Positions 29,012-39,327 of a stretch of 64,000 nt of DNA are shown here, one piece after another. Below the pieces are notes generated by a model. The model had not been told where the DNA came from, searched no databases, and worked only from the letters and a program-made list of their open reading frames with translations. Each line of letters begins with the position of its first letter. The stretch's first letter is position 1. The stretch comes from an uncultured Phycisphaerales bacterium (GTDB lineage Bacteria; Planctomycetota; Phycisphaerae; Tepidisphaerales; Tepidisphaeraceae): positions 997,805 through 1,061,804 of the forward strand of contig CAVSQX010000001.1 in the NCBI GenBank assembly GCA_963730225.1, written 5' to 3'. Made by a program: the position numbers and the translations under genes.

Positions 29012-30673
29012 ATGAGCCAATCCGACGCCACAATTGAAGAAACTCAGATCGAATCGCCAAACAGCGGCCCCCGTTCGGGTTGGCTTGGATCGCTCCGCCG
29101 GCTCTTTACTCCAGACGCAAGGCCCACATCGAATATCGCGCCGGTCGATCCCGGCCCGCTGGACGATGGCAATTCGCGGTCATTTGTCGTGGCGCCGGGC
29201 GGATATCGAATCCGTCTGCCGGACAATGAGGATATGCATCAGGGCATACGCCAAATGCTGCCCAGCGTGCTGGACGGATTGAAGATTATTCCTCCGCTGC
29301 CGCAATTGGTGATCGAACTGCTGAAAGAAATTCAGAACCCCAACGCCTCGGCCGCCAGCGTGGGCAACATCGCGGCGGCTGATCCGGCGCTGGCGGCGTC
29401 GCTGCTGCGAACGGTCAACAGCGCGGCCTTTGGCCTGCACCGAAAGATCACCAACGTCGCCGACGCCGTGAATTATCTGGGGTTTGCCAGCGTCAAGACC
29501 ATGGTTCTCCAACTCCAGTTGGATCAGGCGCTGGGCGGGCATACCGCGGTCAATCCTGACCTGGCGGATTTGTGGGTGCACAGCCTGATCGTGTCGTACA
29601 TCGCCGACTGCATCGGGCGGCGTGTGCCGGGAGTCGATCGCGGTTTTGTTTCGACGCTGGGCCTTTTGCACGACATCGGAAAGATCGTAGTCCTGACTCG
29701 ATTCCCCGACCAGGCCAGAGAGCTGACCGCGGCACGGGCGGCCGATCCGGCGTCCAGCACGCTGGCTCAGGAAACGAAAATCCTGGGCGTGAATCACGCC
29801 GATCTGGGCGCCAACGTGGCCGCTCAATGGGGTCTGCCCGGCGATCTGGTGCGGGCCATCCGATTTCACCATGTGCCGCAAAAGGCCTTTGAGCCGACCG
29901 ATCCCAAACCCCTGCACCAGGCCATGTACGTGCTGCAACTGGCCAACCAGTTGGCGAAATATTGTTACGTCTACTGCGACGAGCCAGAGATCGACGCGGT
30001 GGAGGATCCGGCGTTTGAAGCGCTCGGATTCCCGGTGGATCTGACCGCCCTTCTTGACCAGGCCGTACGGACCGCCGCGAGCCGGGCGATCTTCTTCGCG
30101 CAGGATGAAACGACCCAGGCTTCGCTTGCGGTGCGGCGGTTTCTGCAATTGCATCGCGGTGAAGCGGCGGCAAAACTGCTTGCGGCCCAGCAAGGCGCGT
30201 CGGCCGCGACGCAGGTGCGCATGGACGATGCCATGTGCGATTTCATGTTCGACAGGCTGGCCATCGCCGATCAGCCGGGTCAGGCTCATCGCCGGCTTCG
30301 AGCCAGCGGCGCCGCATCGGTTTCGGGACTGCAAACACTGGCCGCCGATATGCGGAAAAATCAAGCGAAGCTGGAACTTGCGGCCGAGGCCAATCTGCCG
30401 TTGGCCATGGTCGCTCACTGCGTGCTGGCGAACGTTCCACATGAGCGCGGCCAGCGCGTGGACGTCGTTCACGTGCTGGACAGTGGACGGGTCTCGCTGG
30501 CCATTCGCGCTGAAGGGCTGCGGTTTGCCAATCGCTTCGCATCATCCGACCAGCCCGCGACGCTTGCCGCGCTGGATTCGGAGCTGGCCAACGTTTTGAA
30601 TCTCAAATGGTTCGATTCGATCGTCACGTCAACCGACGGCGGAACGCTCATTTTCACCGTCGCGGCCGGTTGA
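29012..30673 (+). CDS. HDOD domain-containing signalling protein
   Basis: HDOD block LPQLVIELLKEIQNPNAS...LLHDIGKIVVL...ILGVNHADLGANVAAQWGLP. The C-terminal about 250 aa have no recognised domain. Confidence 0.7.
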   Translation: MSQSDATIEETQIESPNSGPRSGWLGSLRRLFTPDARPTSNIAPVDPGPLDDGNSRSFVVAPGGYRIRLPDNEDMHQGIRQMLPSVLDGLKIIPPLPQLVIELLKEIQNPNASAASVGNIAAADPALAASLLRTVNSAAFGLHRKITNVADAVNYLGFASVKTMVLQLQLDQALGGHTAVNPDLADLWVHSLIVSYIADCIGRRVPGVDRGFVSTLGLLHDIGKIVVLTRFPDQARELTAARAADPASSTLAQETKILGVNHADLGANVAAQWGLPGDLVRAIRFHHVPQKAFEPTDPKPLHQAMYVLQLANQLAKYCYVYCDEPEIDAVEDPAFEALGFPVDLTALLDQAVRTAASRAIFFAQDETTQASLAVRRFLQLHRGEAAAKLLAAQQGASAATQVRMDDAMCDFMFDRLAIADQPGQAHRRLRASGAASVSGLQTLAADMRKNQAKLELAAEANLPLAMVAHCVLANVPHERGQRVDVVHVLDSGRVSLAIRAEGLRFANRFASSDQPATLAALDSELANVLNLKWFDSIVTSTDGGTLIFTVAAG

Positions 30674-31402
30674 ACCACTTCGCTGGCGAAAGGCCTCGGC
30701 AATCACGATTGCTGCCGCGTGCGAAAGGCTCAGCGATGAAGCGTCGGGGCCCAGCGGAATCGACATCATGCCATCACACAGATTTCGCACCGCCGCCGAC
30801 AACCCGCGCTTTTCCCCACCGATGGCCAGCACCGCGGGTTGGGCGAGATTCATTTGATGTATGGAACGTTTGGCGCCGGCCACGCAGCCGAAAATACAAA
30901 TGCCGCGGCGTTGCAGTTTCGTAAGAAGTTCCACGTCGTCGATTTGCACCAGCGGCATTCGCTCATACGCCCCGGATGAGGGCCGGGCGATCTCGACGGA
31001 GTCCAAATCCCACAGATGTTTTTTGATCAGCACGGAGTGCACGCCCAGTGCATCGGCCGTTCGCAGCACAAAGCCCAGATTTCGGGCATCGTCGATTCCT
31101 TCAAGCAGCAGAAGCAGCGGAGGCCTGACCAGAGAATCGAGAATGGCAAACAACTGGCCGGCGGTGATTCGCGGCTTGGCCGTAGCGATGGCCAAGACAC
31201 CACCGTGCGTCGCGCCGTGAGCCAGGGAATCCAATTGCCGCCGCTCGATCCGCTTGACCGGGACATTTAATTCAGAGGCCAGATCGAGTAGTTCCTGTAA
31301 TTTCTCGGTGTGAGAGCCGTGGGCAACGAGAATGAGCTCGAACCGCCGTTGCCGCGCCCGCAGAGCGGCCAGGACGGATTGTCGGCCTTCCAGATGCTCC
31401 AT
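30629..31402 (-). CDS. TrmH/SpoU-family RNA 2'-O-methyltransferase (RlmB-like)
   Basis: LEGIDDARNLGFVLRTADALG and IGGEKRGLS are SPOUT motifs. Confidence 0.8.
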   Translation of the reverse strand: MEHLEGRQSVLAALRARQRRFELILVAHGSHTEKLQELLDLASELNVPVKRIERRQLDSLAHGATHGGVLAIATAKPRITAGQLFAILDSLVRPPLLLLLEGIDDARNLGFVLRTADALGVHSVLIKKHLWDLDSVEIARPSSGAYERMPLVQIDDVELLTKLQRRGICIFGCVAGAKRSIHQMNLAQPAVLAIGGEKRGLSAAVRNLCDGMMSIPLGPDASSLSLSHAAAIVIAEAFRQRSGSTGRDGENERSAVG

Positions 31403-31405
31403 GCG

Positions 31406-33642
31406 TCAGGACCGCCTGACCATGGCCGGCGGCGGCGGAGGCGCGTCGCCATTCTTGTCGCCCAGCGATTCCATGATCTGCTTGGTCATGCGGTCCGCGA
31501 GTTCCTTCAGCGATGCCATCTCGGGATTGTCGACCGGCGTGAAGCCGCTCTTTTCCGCAACCAGCAGGCTGATGAGAAGTCCCATCATTCCGGTGCCGGC
31601 ATTGCCGGCGGTGAGACCAGCATCTCCATTGGTCGCGCCGGCGGCGCCGGTGATGAAAACCCGCTCGGGAACGAGCGGCTGGCTCGCCTTGGAGAGATTC
31701 TCGGCGACTTTCGCCAAGGCGTACAGGCGCGGATCGCCGAAGCTGGTGATGCTGCGCAGCAGAACGGTGGCGTCGGCCAGACCGACTTGCAGAGCGCGGG
31801 TGGATTCACCGCGGCCGGCGAGAACGCGCGATTGGCTGTCGGCTTGGGCAATCACCACCGTCTGCTCGGCCTGCCGGCGCGAGCGGGCCAATTCGGCCTC
31901 GGGAACGACCACGGTCTGTTCCGCCTGTTTGCGCGAGCGGGCCAGATCGGCGTCGCCTTGATTCTCGGCGATGCGAATCTGCACCTGCGAATTGGTCAGC
32001 TCCGCCTGTTTGGCGGCGATGGCCTGAGCTTCGTTGAGCGAGCGGAGCCTTTCGGCGGCGGCGCGCTGGCGGTCGTAGGTTTCCAACTGCTCGATGCTGA
32101 GCTGTCGGGTGCGAAGCTGTTCGAGCAGCGTTTCGATTTTCCCGCTGCCTTCGGCGGTGTCGGGCTTGCCGATCAGCACGTCGACGCATTCGATGTCGAA
32201 CTCGCGGAAGCGCTTTTGCAACTCGGCGCGCGATTCGACCTGAATTTCATCCCGGCGCTGGAGAAGCTCGAGCATGGTTTTTTTGTGGGCCACATCGCGG
32301 AAGTAAGCGCTGAGCATGGGATCGAGCGTCTGGGTGATCAGCCGCTTCACGTCGCCGAAACGCTGAATGACGTTCGGGGCGAGTTGGTAGTCGATGTGAA
32401 CGACAATGCTCAGCGGCAGCAACGGCTCGTAGGCATCCTTGGTAACCAGATCGATGGATTTGAGGCTCTCATCGTAATGATGGCTCTCGCTCTTTCCGGT
32501 GATCCAGTGGAGGACGAAATTGGTGGTCGGTACGAGAATCAGCTTGCCGGCGTAAGTGTTGAACGGATATTTGCCGGGACCCAGCGCCTTTCCCAAACAC
32601 CGCGATCGCCGCGCGCAACGCGCTCGCCGTGGCGAAAGGCTTCGCCGGAGACATCGGCGCCCAGCGGGCCGTAGTAGCTGACGACCACGCCGACGTAGCC
32701 GATGGGAACAAGCGTCTTGGCGATGATTTCGATGGTGGCAAACCAGCGGTTGATGAAGTACGTACCGTCGGTCAGCGGAACATATTGTCGGCCGCGGCGG
32801 CCGCCGGCGCGGAGGAAGGCTTCGGGATCCTGGTAGTTGTTGTGATAATTTTCGCTGGCGGCGTCGTTGCCGACGGCGGGCGCGATGATTTCACCGGGAG
32901 CGAGGCTCGGGCCGTCGTGAATGGTGACGATGCCGATGCTGTCGATGTCGATCGGCCGGCCGGGAGTCAGCGGATCTTCGGTTCGCACCGGCGCACCGAT
33001 GACCACGGGATCGAAGCCGTTGATGTCGCGGAGTTCTTTCTGCCAACCGACGATCGCTTCCAGTTCCTGCTTGCCCTGCATCTGGAGGCGATAGACGCGA
33101 TCTTCCGTGATGACGACGAAAAGCGCGAGATTGATGGCGTAGACGCCTTCACGGAGGATGGCGCGTTGCCGCCCGCGTTGGCCGGCGGGGCCAGGATTCT
33201 TGCCCTGGCCGAGGAACGCGCGGGAATCCTGAAAGTTGTTGCACTCGACGAATCGGCCCAGCGTCTGGCTCGGCGAGAGCGGCTCGCCGTCGCGGGCATA
33301 GACGTAACCGATTTTTCCCTGCCCTATCGTCACCAGCGGCGCTTTGTGAATTCGATACTGTATTGGCCAGAGGAACCGGTGGATGCCGCCGCGGAGAAGA
33401 TCGGACTGATATCCAGCTTCACCGTTGACGGCAACGATGCGCCCGTTGCCGATCGAACCGCTGCCGGACCAAAGCTTCTCGACGACGCCGACCATGTTGT
33501 TGGGGATGGATCGCAGTCCCAGAAGGATCCAGAGCAGGATCGGAGCGAATACGACAATCAAAACTCCCCAGACAACGGCATCGGGAAGACCGGTGGGATT
33601 GACGCCCAGAAACGAAGCGAAAATTGCGTGCGTGCCCGTCAT
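31406..33642 (-). CDS. Flotillin/SPFH (band-7) family protein, split by an apparent frameshift near 32596-32640
   Basis: N-terminal part (32539..33642) has the membrane anchor plus an SPFH domain. C-terminal part (31406..32596) has the flotillin coiled-coil with EA/QA repeats (AERLRSLNEAQAIAAKQAELT...). The two parts are in different frames with a 58-nt overlap. Confidence 0.75.
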
Positions 33643-33685
33643 GTCAGCCTCCGAGGAAGGGACGTGGAACGGAAACTGCGCCGGA

Positions 33686-34801
33686 TTATAGCGGGATCAA
33701 AGAGCCAAGGCGAAAAAAGGGGAACGACGAATGAGGTACTTCGTAGATCATTCGGGAATTTGCGCTGATCCGATTTTCCGCCTTGGGCAGGCGAAGTTCG
33801 GACCGCGGCGGAGCGGTGGAGGCGCGGACAATCAGATCTTCGGGGACTCGAATTTCGGTTCCCTGATGGGCCCGTGGAGAAAGCAGGCCGTTGAGAAGAA
33901 GATCCGCGCCGATTCGGCCCATCTCGCGGCCGGAGACGGCGACGGCCGTCAGCGGGGGAGCAAGCAAGGCAACGGGGAAAACATCATTGAAACAGATCAG
34001 GCTGAAGTCGGCGGGAATGCGCAGATTCATCGCGTCGGCCGCGCCAACCAGCATTACGGCGATGTGATGATCGTAAGTGATGACGGCGGTGGCGTTGTCT
34101 TCGATGACGGCGCTGCGGAGAAAATCGGTGGCGGAGGAAAATGGCGTGTCGTGGCCCGCCACCAGCCGCATGGAGCGCTTGCGGACGCCGGCCAGAAGCG
34201 TCTCGTAACGGTCGGTGACGCTGTAGTGGCTGAAATAGGTGGCGCGGGCGTTGGCGTAGGCGATGCGCTTGTGGCCAAGCTGTTGAAGATGTTCGATGGC
34301 TCGGTTGGCGCCCATCACATCGTCGGCCAACACGTAGGCGACGGGGTTGCCGACTCGCTCGTTGACGCAAACATAGGGAACACGGCGGCGGTCGAGTTCC
34401 TTGACGGTTTCGGACTTGGGGGCCTGCATCAGGATCGCGCCATCGAAACGCCAGAAGGGAAGAGCGCGCTCCAGATCGCTGATGGCGCTGAGCTCGAAGA
34501 AGACATCGTATCCGCCGGCGTGCAGAACTTCGGCCAAACCTTCGATCAGCGATTCGTTAATTCCTTCGGCGACGTGCGTTTGCGGGGAAGCAAAAAGGCC
34601 GACGATGCGCGTGCTGCGGCGATTGAGATTGCGGGCGGCCAGATCGGGGACGTAGCCGAGCTTGCGGGCGGTGTCGAGAATTTTTTCGCGGACCGCCTCG
34701 CTGGCGGAGAATTTTTGCTTGCCGTTGAGAACGCGGCTGACCGTGGCGGGGGTTACGCCACAGAGCTTGGCCACGTCGGTGATCGTCGGACGGTTCCCCA
34801 T
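33686..34801 (-). CDS. LacI-family transcriptional regulator
   Basis: Start at ATG 34801 gives the canonical HTH MGNRPTITDVAKLCGVTPATVSRVLNG, followed by a periplasmic-binding-protein-like sugar-binding core. The ORF in the track extends 13 codons further to 34840. Confidence 0.85.
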   Translation of the reverse strand: MGNRPTITDVAKLCGVTPATVSRVLNGKQKFSASEAVREKILDTARKLGYVPDLAARNLNRRSTRIVGLFASPQTHVAEGINESLIEGLAEVLHAGGYDVFFELSAISDLERALPFWRFDGAILMQAPKSETVKELDRRRVPYVCVNERVGNPVAYVLADDVMGANRAIEHLQQLGHKRIAYANARATYFSHYSVTDRYETLLAGVRKRSMRLVAGHDTPFSSATDFLRSAVIEDNATAVITYDHHIAVMLVGAADAMNLRIPADFSLICFNDVFPVALLAPPLTAVAVSGREMGRIGADLLLNGLLSPRAHQGTEIRVPEDLIVRASTAPPRSELRLPKAENRISANSRMIYEVPHSSFPFFRLGSLIPL

Positions 34802-34882
34802 GGGGGGAAGTATATCATGACTGGGGTCGAAACCATTCATGGGAAAAGCCAGCCCGCCCGGCCCGGTGGGCCGGCATAAACG

Positions 34883-36670
34883 TCAGGGGATCGATACCTC
34901 GGCCCGTGCGCCGCTGTGTGTGAGATCGACGGAATCGGTTTTGGTTTTGTCGGTGGTGATGGCGTAGGCGCCGAAGAATCCGCGAAAATGGGCCTGGCCC
35001 TGGGAATCTGTGGTGGTTGTGACATCGGTTTGCCATTGATGATGGACGAGATCGATGTACATCTGGCCATGGGGCCGCAGCGTCCAGTCGTCGGCGTAGA
35101 GCGCTCCCTGAGGCCGCCAATGCCGCTTGGACCAGAAACCCCAGAGCGTGATTCCTTTCACACTGGGCTCCGAAAATACAGCGATGAGATAATCGCGCAG
35201 GTAATCCGCCTGGAGTTGTCGGTCCGTCAGATCGAGACTCACTTCCGTCGATTCGATGGGCAAACCCAACTCGCTGAAATGATCGAGCACGTGAATAATC
35301 TGCGCCGGCGCGGGCAGATCGGTGCCGAAATGGGATTGAACGCCGATGCCGCCCAGCGGCGCGCCGTTTTTCTGGAGATACTGGATGGTGCTGTAGTACG
35401 CGTCGCGGTGACTGTTGACCTCGCCCCCCTCGACGATGCCGTAATCGTTGATGAATAGCGCGGAAGTGGGATCAGACTGGTGAGCGAGATTGAACCACTC
35501 GAGCATGATGCTACGGCCGCCCAGCGCGTCGACCAGATCATGATTGGCGTAAACTTCATTGACCACATCCCACTGAAAACACTGGCCGCGGAAGTGGGTC
35601 ATCATGAGCGTGATGTGATCGTCGATGCGGCGGCGCAGCTCGGGCGGATCGTTGGCGAACTGCTGGAGTTGCCTGGGCGACCAGTGCCAACTGGGCCAAA
35701 CCAAGTTGTGCCCGCGCACGGCGATGTGATGCGCCCGCAGCCAATCCATCGCCTGATCCACCTGCGGCGGAATGCCGTCCCAGGTGGCGTACCACTTCAT
35801 GTCGTTCTCGAACGTGGCCTGGTTAAAAAGCTCGGCGACGGTCTTTTGGTATTGAATATCATCGGGTGAATCTCCCAACAGATCGGCGGCGACAACACAC
35901 GTGCCCCAACCGAAGGCGTGGCGCTGAAGCACGGCGTGGATCGGGGCTCCGATCGTCGGTTTACCGGACGAATCGGTCACCTGGATGGTGAAATCGCCTT
36001 TGCGGATTTGCTCGATCCGAGCCAACGCCTGGGCACGCCAAGGGGCATTGGGATCATGCCCGACGTAGTCCTTGCTCGTGCGCGGCAGCGTTTCCAGCTT
36101 GGCATCGGGCCCGAGGTCGAGCAGTTCGATGCCGCCGATTTCGACGGTCTGACGATCAAATCCTTCGAAAAACGCGATCTGGCCCTGTCCGGTAGGAACA
36201 GCGCGGCGGGCGCAGAACGGAAGAAAACATTCCTTCCACTGCCCGCCAGCGCTGACGCGGAGTTCGGCCATTGGATCGGAATTACCGGCGCCGAAAATGA
36301 ATCGCGTGAAACCCTGAGCGGTCGCTGATTCGTCGCAGCGCAGGAAAAAATGCGCGAGAAGCACATCGTTGGCGGCGACGGCGCCGGTGGTCGCGGAAAT
36401 CAATTCGCTGTTCGACTCGGCCGTCGCACCGGAATCAGTGGAGATTTTCATCGCTTGCGTGAAGCTCTTACCATCGACCGACACCGGTGCAACGTGGCAG
36501 AGATTCGCTTGCGAGCCTGTCACGTGAAGGGCGTTGAGAACATCGGCGCCGAGCAGAGACTTTCCCGACGGGACAGGGTCCGCGGCAAAGGCGAAGGAAG
36601 CTATACCGCAGACCAGCGCCGCGGCCAGAGTTCCACGCTGCCGCCACTGGGGTTTGGATCGGCGGAGCAT
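34883..36670 (-). CDS. Glycoside hydrolase family 10 endo-1,4-beta-xylanase with an N-terminal carbohydrate-binding-like domain
   Basis: Signal peptide. The GH10 blocks WDVVNEV (acid/base glutamate) and IESTEVS (nucleophile glutamate) and WGFWS are present. The N-terminal about 200 aa are CBM4/9-like. Confidence 0.85.
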   Translation of the reverse strand: MLRRSKPQWRQRGTLAAALVCGIASFAFAADPVPSGKSLLGADVLNALHVTGSQANLCHVAPVSVDGKSFTQAMKISTDSGATAESNSELISATTGAVAANDVLLAHFFLRCDESATAQGFTRFIFGAGNSDPMAELRVSAGGQWKECFLPFCARRAVPTGQGQIAFFEGFDRQTVEIGGIELLDLGPDAKLETLPRTSKDYVGHDPNAPWRAQALARIEQIRKGDFTIQVTDSSGKPTIGAPIHAVLQRHAFGWGTCVVAADLLGDSPDDIQYQKTVAELFNQATFENDMKWYATWDGIPPQVDQAMDWLRAHHIAVRGHNLVWPSWHWSPRQLQQFANDPPELRRRIDDHITLMMTHFRGQCFQWDVVNEVYANHDLVDALGGRSIMLEWFNLAHQSDPTSALFINDYGIVEGGEVNSHRDAYYSTIQYLQKNGAPLGGIGVQSHFGTDLPAPAQIIHVLDHFSELGLPIESTEVSLDLTDRQLQADYLRDYLIAVFSEPSVKGITLWGFWSKRHWRPQGALYADDWTLRPHGQMYIDLVHHQWQTDVTTTTDSQGQAHFRGFFGAYAITTDKTKTDSVDLTHSGARAEVSIP

Positions 36671-36678
36671 AGTGGCGG

Positions 36679-37698
36679 TTAGTAGTTTGGGTTCACGTAG
36701 ATGTTCTTGCGCAGAAGGGAGGTCGTTGCATTAACGGTGGTCGTGCCGGTTTTAATCATCTTGAGCGTAAAGCTCTCAACATGGCCATCGACCATCAGCA
36801 CGTTACACACTGTGTTATTCAAGTGACGAAAGCGAATGTTGTTGGGATTCGCGGAGGTATCGGTATTCCAATACTTGGCCGCGGGGCTAGCTGTCGCGCC
36901 GGCGGGAGTCATATCGATTTGATCATTCGGGCGCAGACCCGTGTTGGCGGGGAGTGAATAGTCATCGGTGAAATAGGTGGTTCCCGATCCATATGAGTTG
37001 CTGCCCGGGTAAAAAAGGCGCCAGCCATCCATGGATCCGGCAACAGGGTAAGTGTACCAAGGACCCCAACTGAGCGCGTCGGCGTCGGTGACACCGACTT
37101 GCGTGTTCGGGGCCAGCGAATCATCAAACACGATGCCGATTTCCGCGCTTCGCTTGATGTTGGATTGGTGATACGGGACCGGCCATCTGCCGGTAACGGC
37201 ATCTCGAACAACATTGTTGTCCAGAACCGGCATCAATCGCGGATTGCAAGCGTAATGGCCGATGGTTATCCATCCCTGGCCGGGCGCGTCAGGGCACAGA
37301 AAAGTCTGCCTGCTGATCTGCATCAGCACGTTGGCGTTGGCGACTTCGTTGTAGCTGTTCCCATTCTTCCCGTTCATCGTGTACTGGAGCAGATTGACCC
37401 AATTCGAAGCTAACACGGTATTGGGTTGATTGCTGGTTGATACGAAACCGGTTTGCGAATTGTAGTACCCGTCCCACACCCCAAACGGCAGGACGCCTTT
37501 GCTGTCGATGCAATAGATGGCCAGCATCTGACCAATGCTGTGCAAATTGGCCTGGCACTTCAGAGAATTGGACTGCTGGCGGGCTTTGTTTAGCGCGGGG
37601 AGGAGAATCGAGATCAGCAAAGCGATGATCCCAATGACAACCAGCAGTTCAACTAATGTAAAACCCGAGAAGCGAGAGGCGTTTTTGGCGCTCCGCAT
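36679..37698 (-). CDS. DUF1559 domain protein (prepilin-type N-terminal methylation motif, type II secretion pseudopilin-like)
   Basis: Start [40 protein letters not shown] is a class III signal peptide/prepilin motif. It lies 8 bp upstream of the GH10 start. Confidence 0.85.
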   Translation of the reverse strand: MRSAKNASRFSGFTLVELLVVIGIIALLISILLPALNKARQQSNSLKCQANLHSIGQMLAIYCIDSKGVLPFGVWDGYYNSQTGFVSTSNQPNTVLASNWVNLLQYTMNGKNGNSYNEVANANVLMQISRQTFLCPDAPGQGWITIGHYACNPRLMPVLDNNVVRDAVTGRWPVPYHQSNIKRSAEIGIVFDDSLAPNTQVGVTDADALSWGPWYTYPVAGSMDGWRLFYPGSNSYGSGTTYFTDDYSLPANTGLRPNDQIDMTPAGATASPAAKYWNTDTSANPNNIRFRHLNNTVCNVLMVDGHVESFTLKMIKTGTTTVNATTSLLRKNIYVNPNY

Positions 37699-37761
37699 TG
37701 GTTTCTCCTGCATGTCCGCCAGCGGCTCGACGAGGGAAGCATTCCTCGCCGCCAGTTCCAA

Positions 37762-37775
37762 GGTAAACGTTTACC
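37762..37775. promoter_or_regulatory. Predicted LacI-family operator, a perfect 14-bp palindrome GGTAAACGTTTACC
   Basis: Perfect palindrome with a central CG. On the minus strand it sits 1 nt downstream of the TACGAT -10 element (37777..37782), which has TTGACC at -35 (37800..37805) with a 17-bp spacer. It is about 65 bp upstream of the DUF1559-GH10-LacI operon start. Confidence 0.6.
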
Positions 37776-37909
37776 TATCGTAACGGGTTGGGTCTACGTG
37801 GTCAAGAAGATTTCGCTCTTTTTTCAAGGTGCTCAGCCCAGGCTAGTTGGCTGTACCGACTGGGATATCTGGGGAGAATATGAAAACAAACATAAAAAGC
37901 GAATTTTTC

Positions 37910-37953
37910 TTGACGAGCCCCGACCAGCTGATATATTTGGGTAATCGTTTACC
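37910..37953 (+). promoter_or_regulatory. Sigma70-like promoter (TTGACG-16 bp-TATATT) followed directly by operator copy GGTAATCGTTTACC (37940..37953)
   Basis: -35 at 37910..37915 and -10 at 37932..37937. The operator starts 3 nt after the -10. Located about 115 bp upstream of the PEP-CTERM gene start (38067). Confidence 0.55.
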
Positions 37954-38066
37954 CATGGGCGTGGAGTGCTGATTCCAAGCTTGTGGGTTCGATCGGAGTG
38001 GACGCAGAAACTCACTTCAGCCGCAGAGTCAGCCGGTTGGCTGGCGGCAAACTTATGGAGGGTCGC

Positions 38067-39095
38067 ATGAATAGGTCACCTAGGCGGTTCGTAGCTCCAA
38101 TTTGCGCCGCGGCAATTGCCGGCGCTTTGAGCTATGGGCCCACTGTATTTGGTTCAACGGGCAATTTCTCCAGCCCGCTGACCAATGCATTTTTATCCGT
38201 TGACATTAACGGCGGGCCGCTCACCAGCGCGGTAACCCCCACCAACGGTTACAACGACAACACCAGCGCCGGCGCTTTTTCGGCCGACAATTTTGGTGTC
38301 GTATGGACGCCTTGGGGCGGAAACGCCTACGCCGGCGGTGATGGAACGCAGTTGCCGTCGAGCCAATCGCCGACCGTCGTTTCGGCATCGAGCATTTCGA
38401 AGACCTTTTCGATCAACGGCCCCCCCGTCACCGACAACACGTATTTTAATCCGCCGTTCCTGGGGCAAACGACGATCCAACCGGTAACGGCGACAATCAG
38501 CATCGACACGACGAACAACACATCGCAATATGCACAGGTGGGTGGCGTGGCTTCGATGAACTCGCGCGACCGCGGGACTCCAACCGGTGCAAACGGCTTG
38601 AACGACAGCGACATGTTCCGCGATCTGCTTTTCGCCGGCGGCAGCGGCAGCAACGTGCAGGGAACCAATTTCATTCAGGTTCTGTTCGGAGGATTGACCC
38701 CCGGACAGAGCTACGAAATTGCGATGTATTCGTACGATTCTTCCGGCGGCCACACCACCAACTGGACCGATGTGGCCCCCACTACTTCCGGTGGGCTGGA
38801 TGGATGGTGGGCGTCTTCGCCCGCGGGTAATAACACGTTCACGGCACCGACGGAACAGTCCATCACATGGACCTCAGGCACGACCCCCGCACCGGCGATC
38901 TTCGACGAAGTCGCTAACAGCAATGGCCTGGTCACGCTGTGGGCCTGGGGTGGCAATGGCGTTACTGGAAATCAAAGCTCCGACACCACGTATGTGAACG
39001 GTTTCCAGATTGCCGCCGTACCGGAGCCTGGTTCGATAGGCTTGCTCGCATTGTCTAGCATCGGGTTGATCGCTCGCCGACGTCGCAGGGAGTGA
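38067..39095 (+). CDS. PEP-CTERM sorting-domain surface protein
   Basis: Signal peptide MNRSPRRFVAPICAAAIAGALS. Ser/Thr/Gly/Asn-rich body. C-terminus AVPEPGSIGLLALSSIGLIARRRRRE is PEP-CTERM plus a transmembrane helix plus an arginine tail. Confidence 0.75.
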   Translation: MNRSPRRFVAPICAAAIAGALSYGPTVFGSTGNFSSPLTNAFLSVDINGGPLTSAVTPTNGYNDNTSAGAFSADNFGVVWTPWGGNAYAGGDGTQLPSSQSPTVVSASSISKTFSINGPPVTDNTYFNPPFLGQTTIQPVTATISIDTTNNTSQYAQVGGVASMNSRDRGTPTGANGLNDSDMFRDLLFAGGSGSNVQGTNFIQVLFGGLTPGQSYEIAMYSYDSSGGHTTNWTDVAPTTSGGLDGWWASSPAGNNTFTAPTEQSITWTSGTTPAPAIFDEVANSNGLVTLWAWGGNGVTGNQSSDTTYVNGFQIAAVPEPGSIGLLALSSIGLIARRRRRE

Positions 39096-39295
39096 TGGCA
39101 GTTGAAAAAGAGCGGCCGGCGCAGTTCTGGGGAGTTGCGCCGTGCCGTGATACATTGTTGCCAACCGCCGATCGCATCTGATCGGCGGTTGGCAACTTTT
39201 TTGCTGCCGCGTCTCAGCATCCGCTTGCACTCGCACAGATCAAGCAAGAAAACAGTAGCGGTTGGGCACGAAAGGGGCTAAGATATCCTGTCGTA

Positions 39296-39309
39296 GGTAA
39301 ACGATTACC
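39296..39309. promoter_or_regulatory. Predicted LacI-family operator copy GGTAAACGATTACC
   Basis: Same 14-mer as the other three sites. It lies 18 bp upstream of the GH52 start codon (GTG 39328). Confidence 0.5.
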
Positions 39310-39327
39310 CATTCCTGGAGATGGCCC

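Noticed and set aside
29180-30472. 430-aa minus-strand ORF
   Set aside because: Antisense to the HDOD protein gene. No domain signal, Arg/His/Gln-rich.
31310-33768. Plus-strand ORFs of 454 aa (31310..32674) and 379 aa (32629..33768)
   Set aside because: Both antisense to the flotillin gene, with Gly/Ala/Arg-rich low-complexity products.
33731-34879. 382-aa plus-strand ORF
   Set aside because: Antisense to the LacI-family regulator. Gly/Ala/Asp-rich, no start context.
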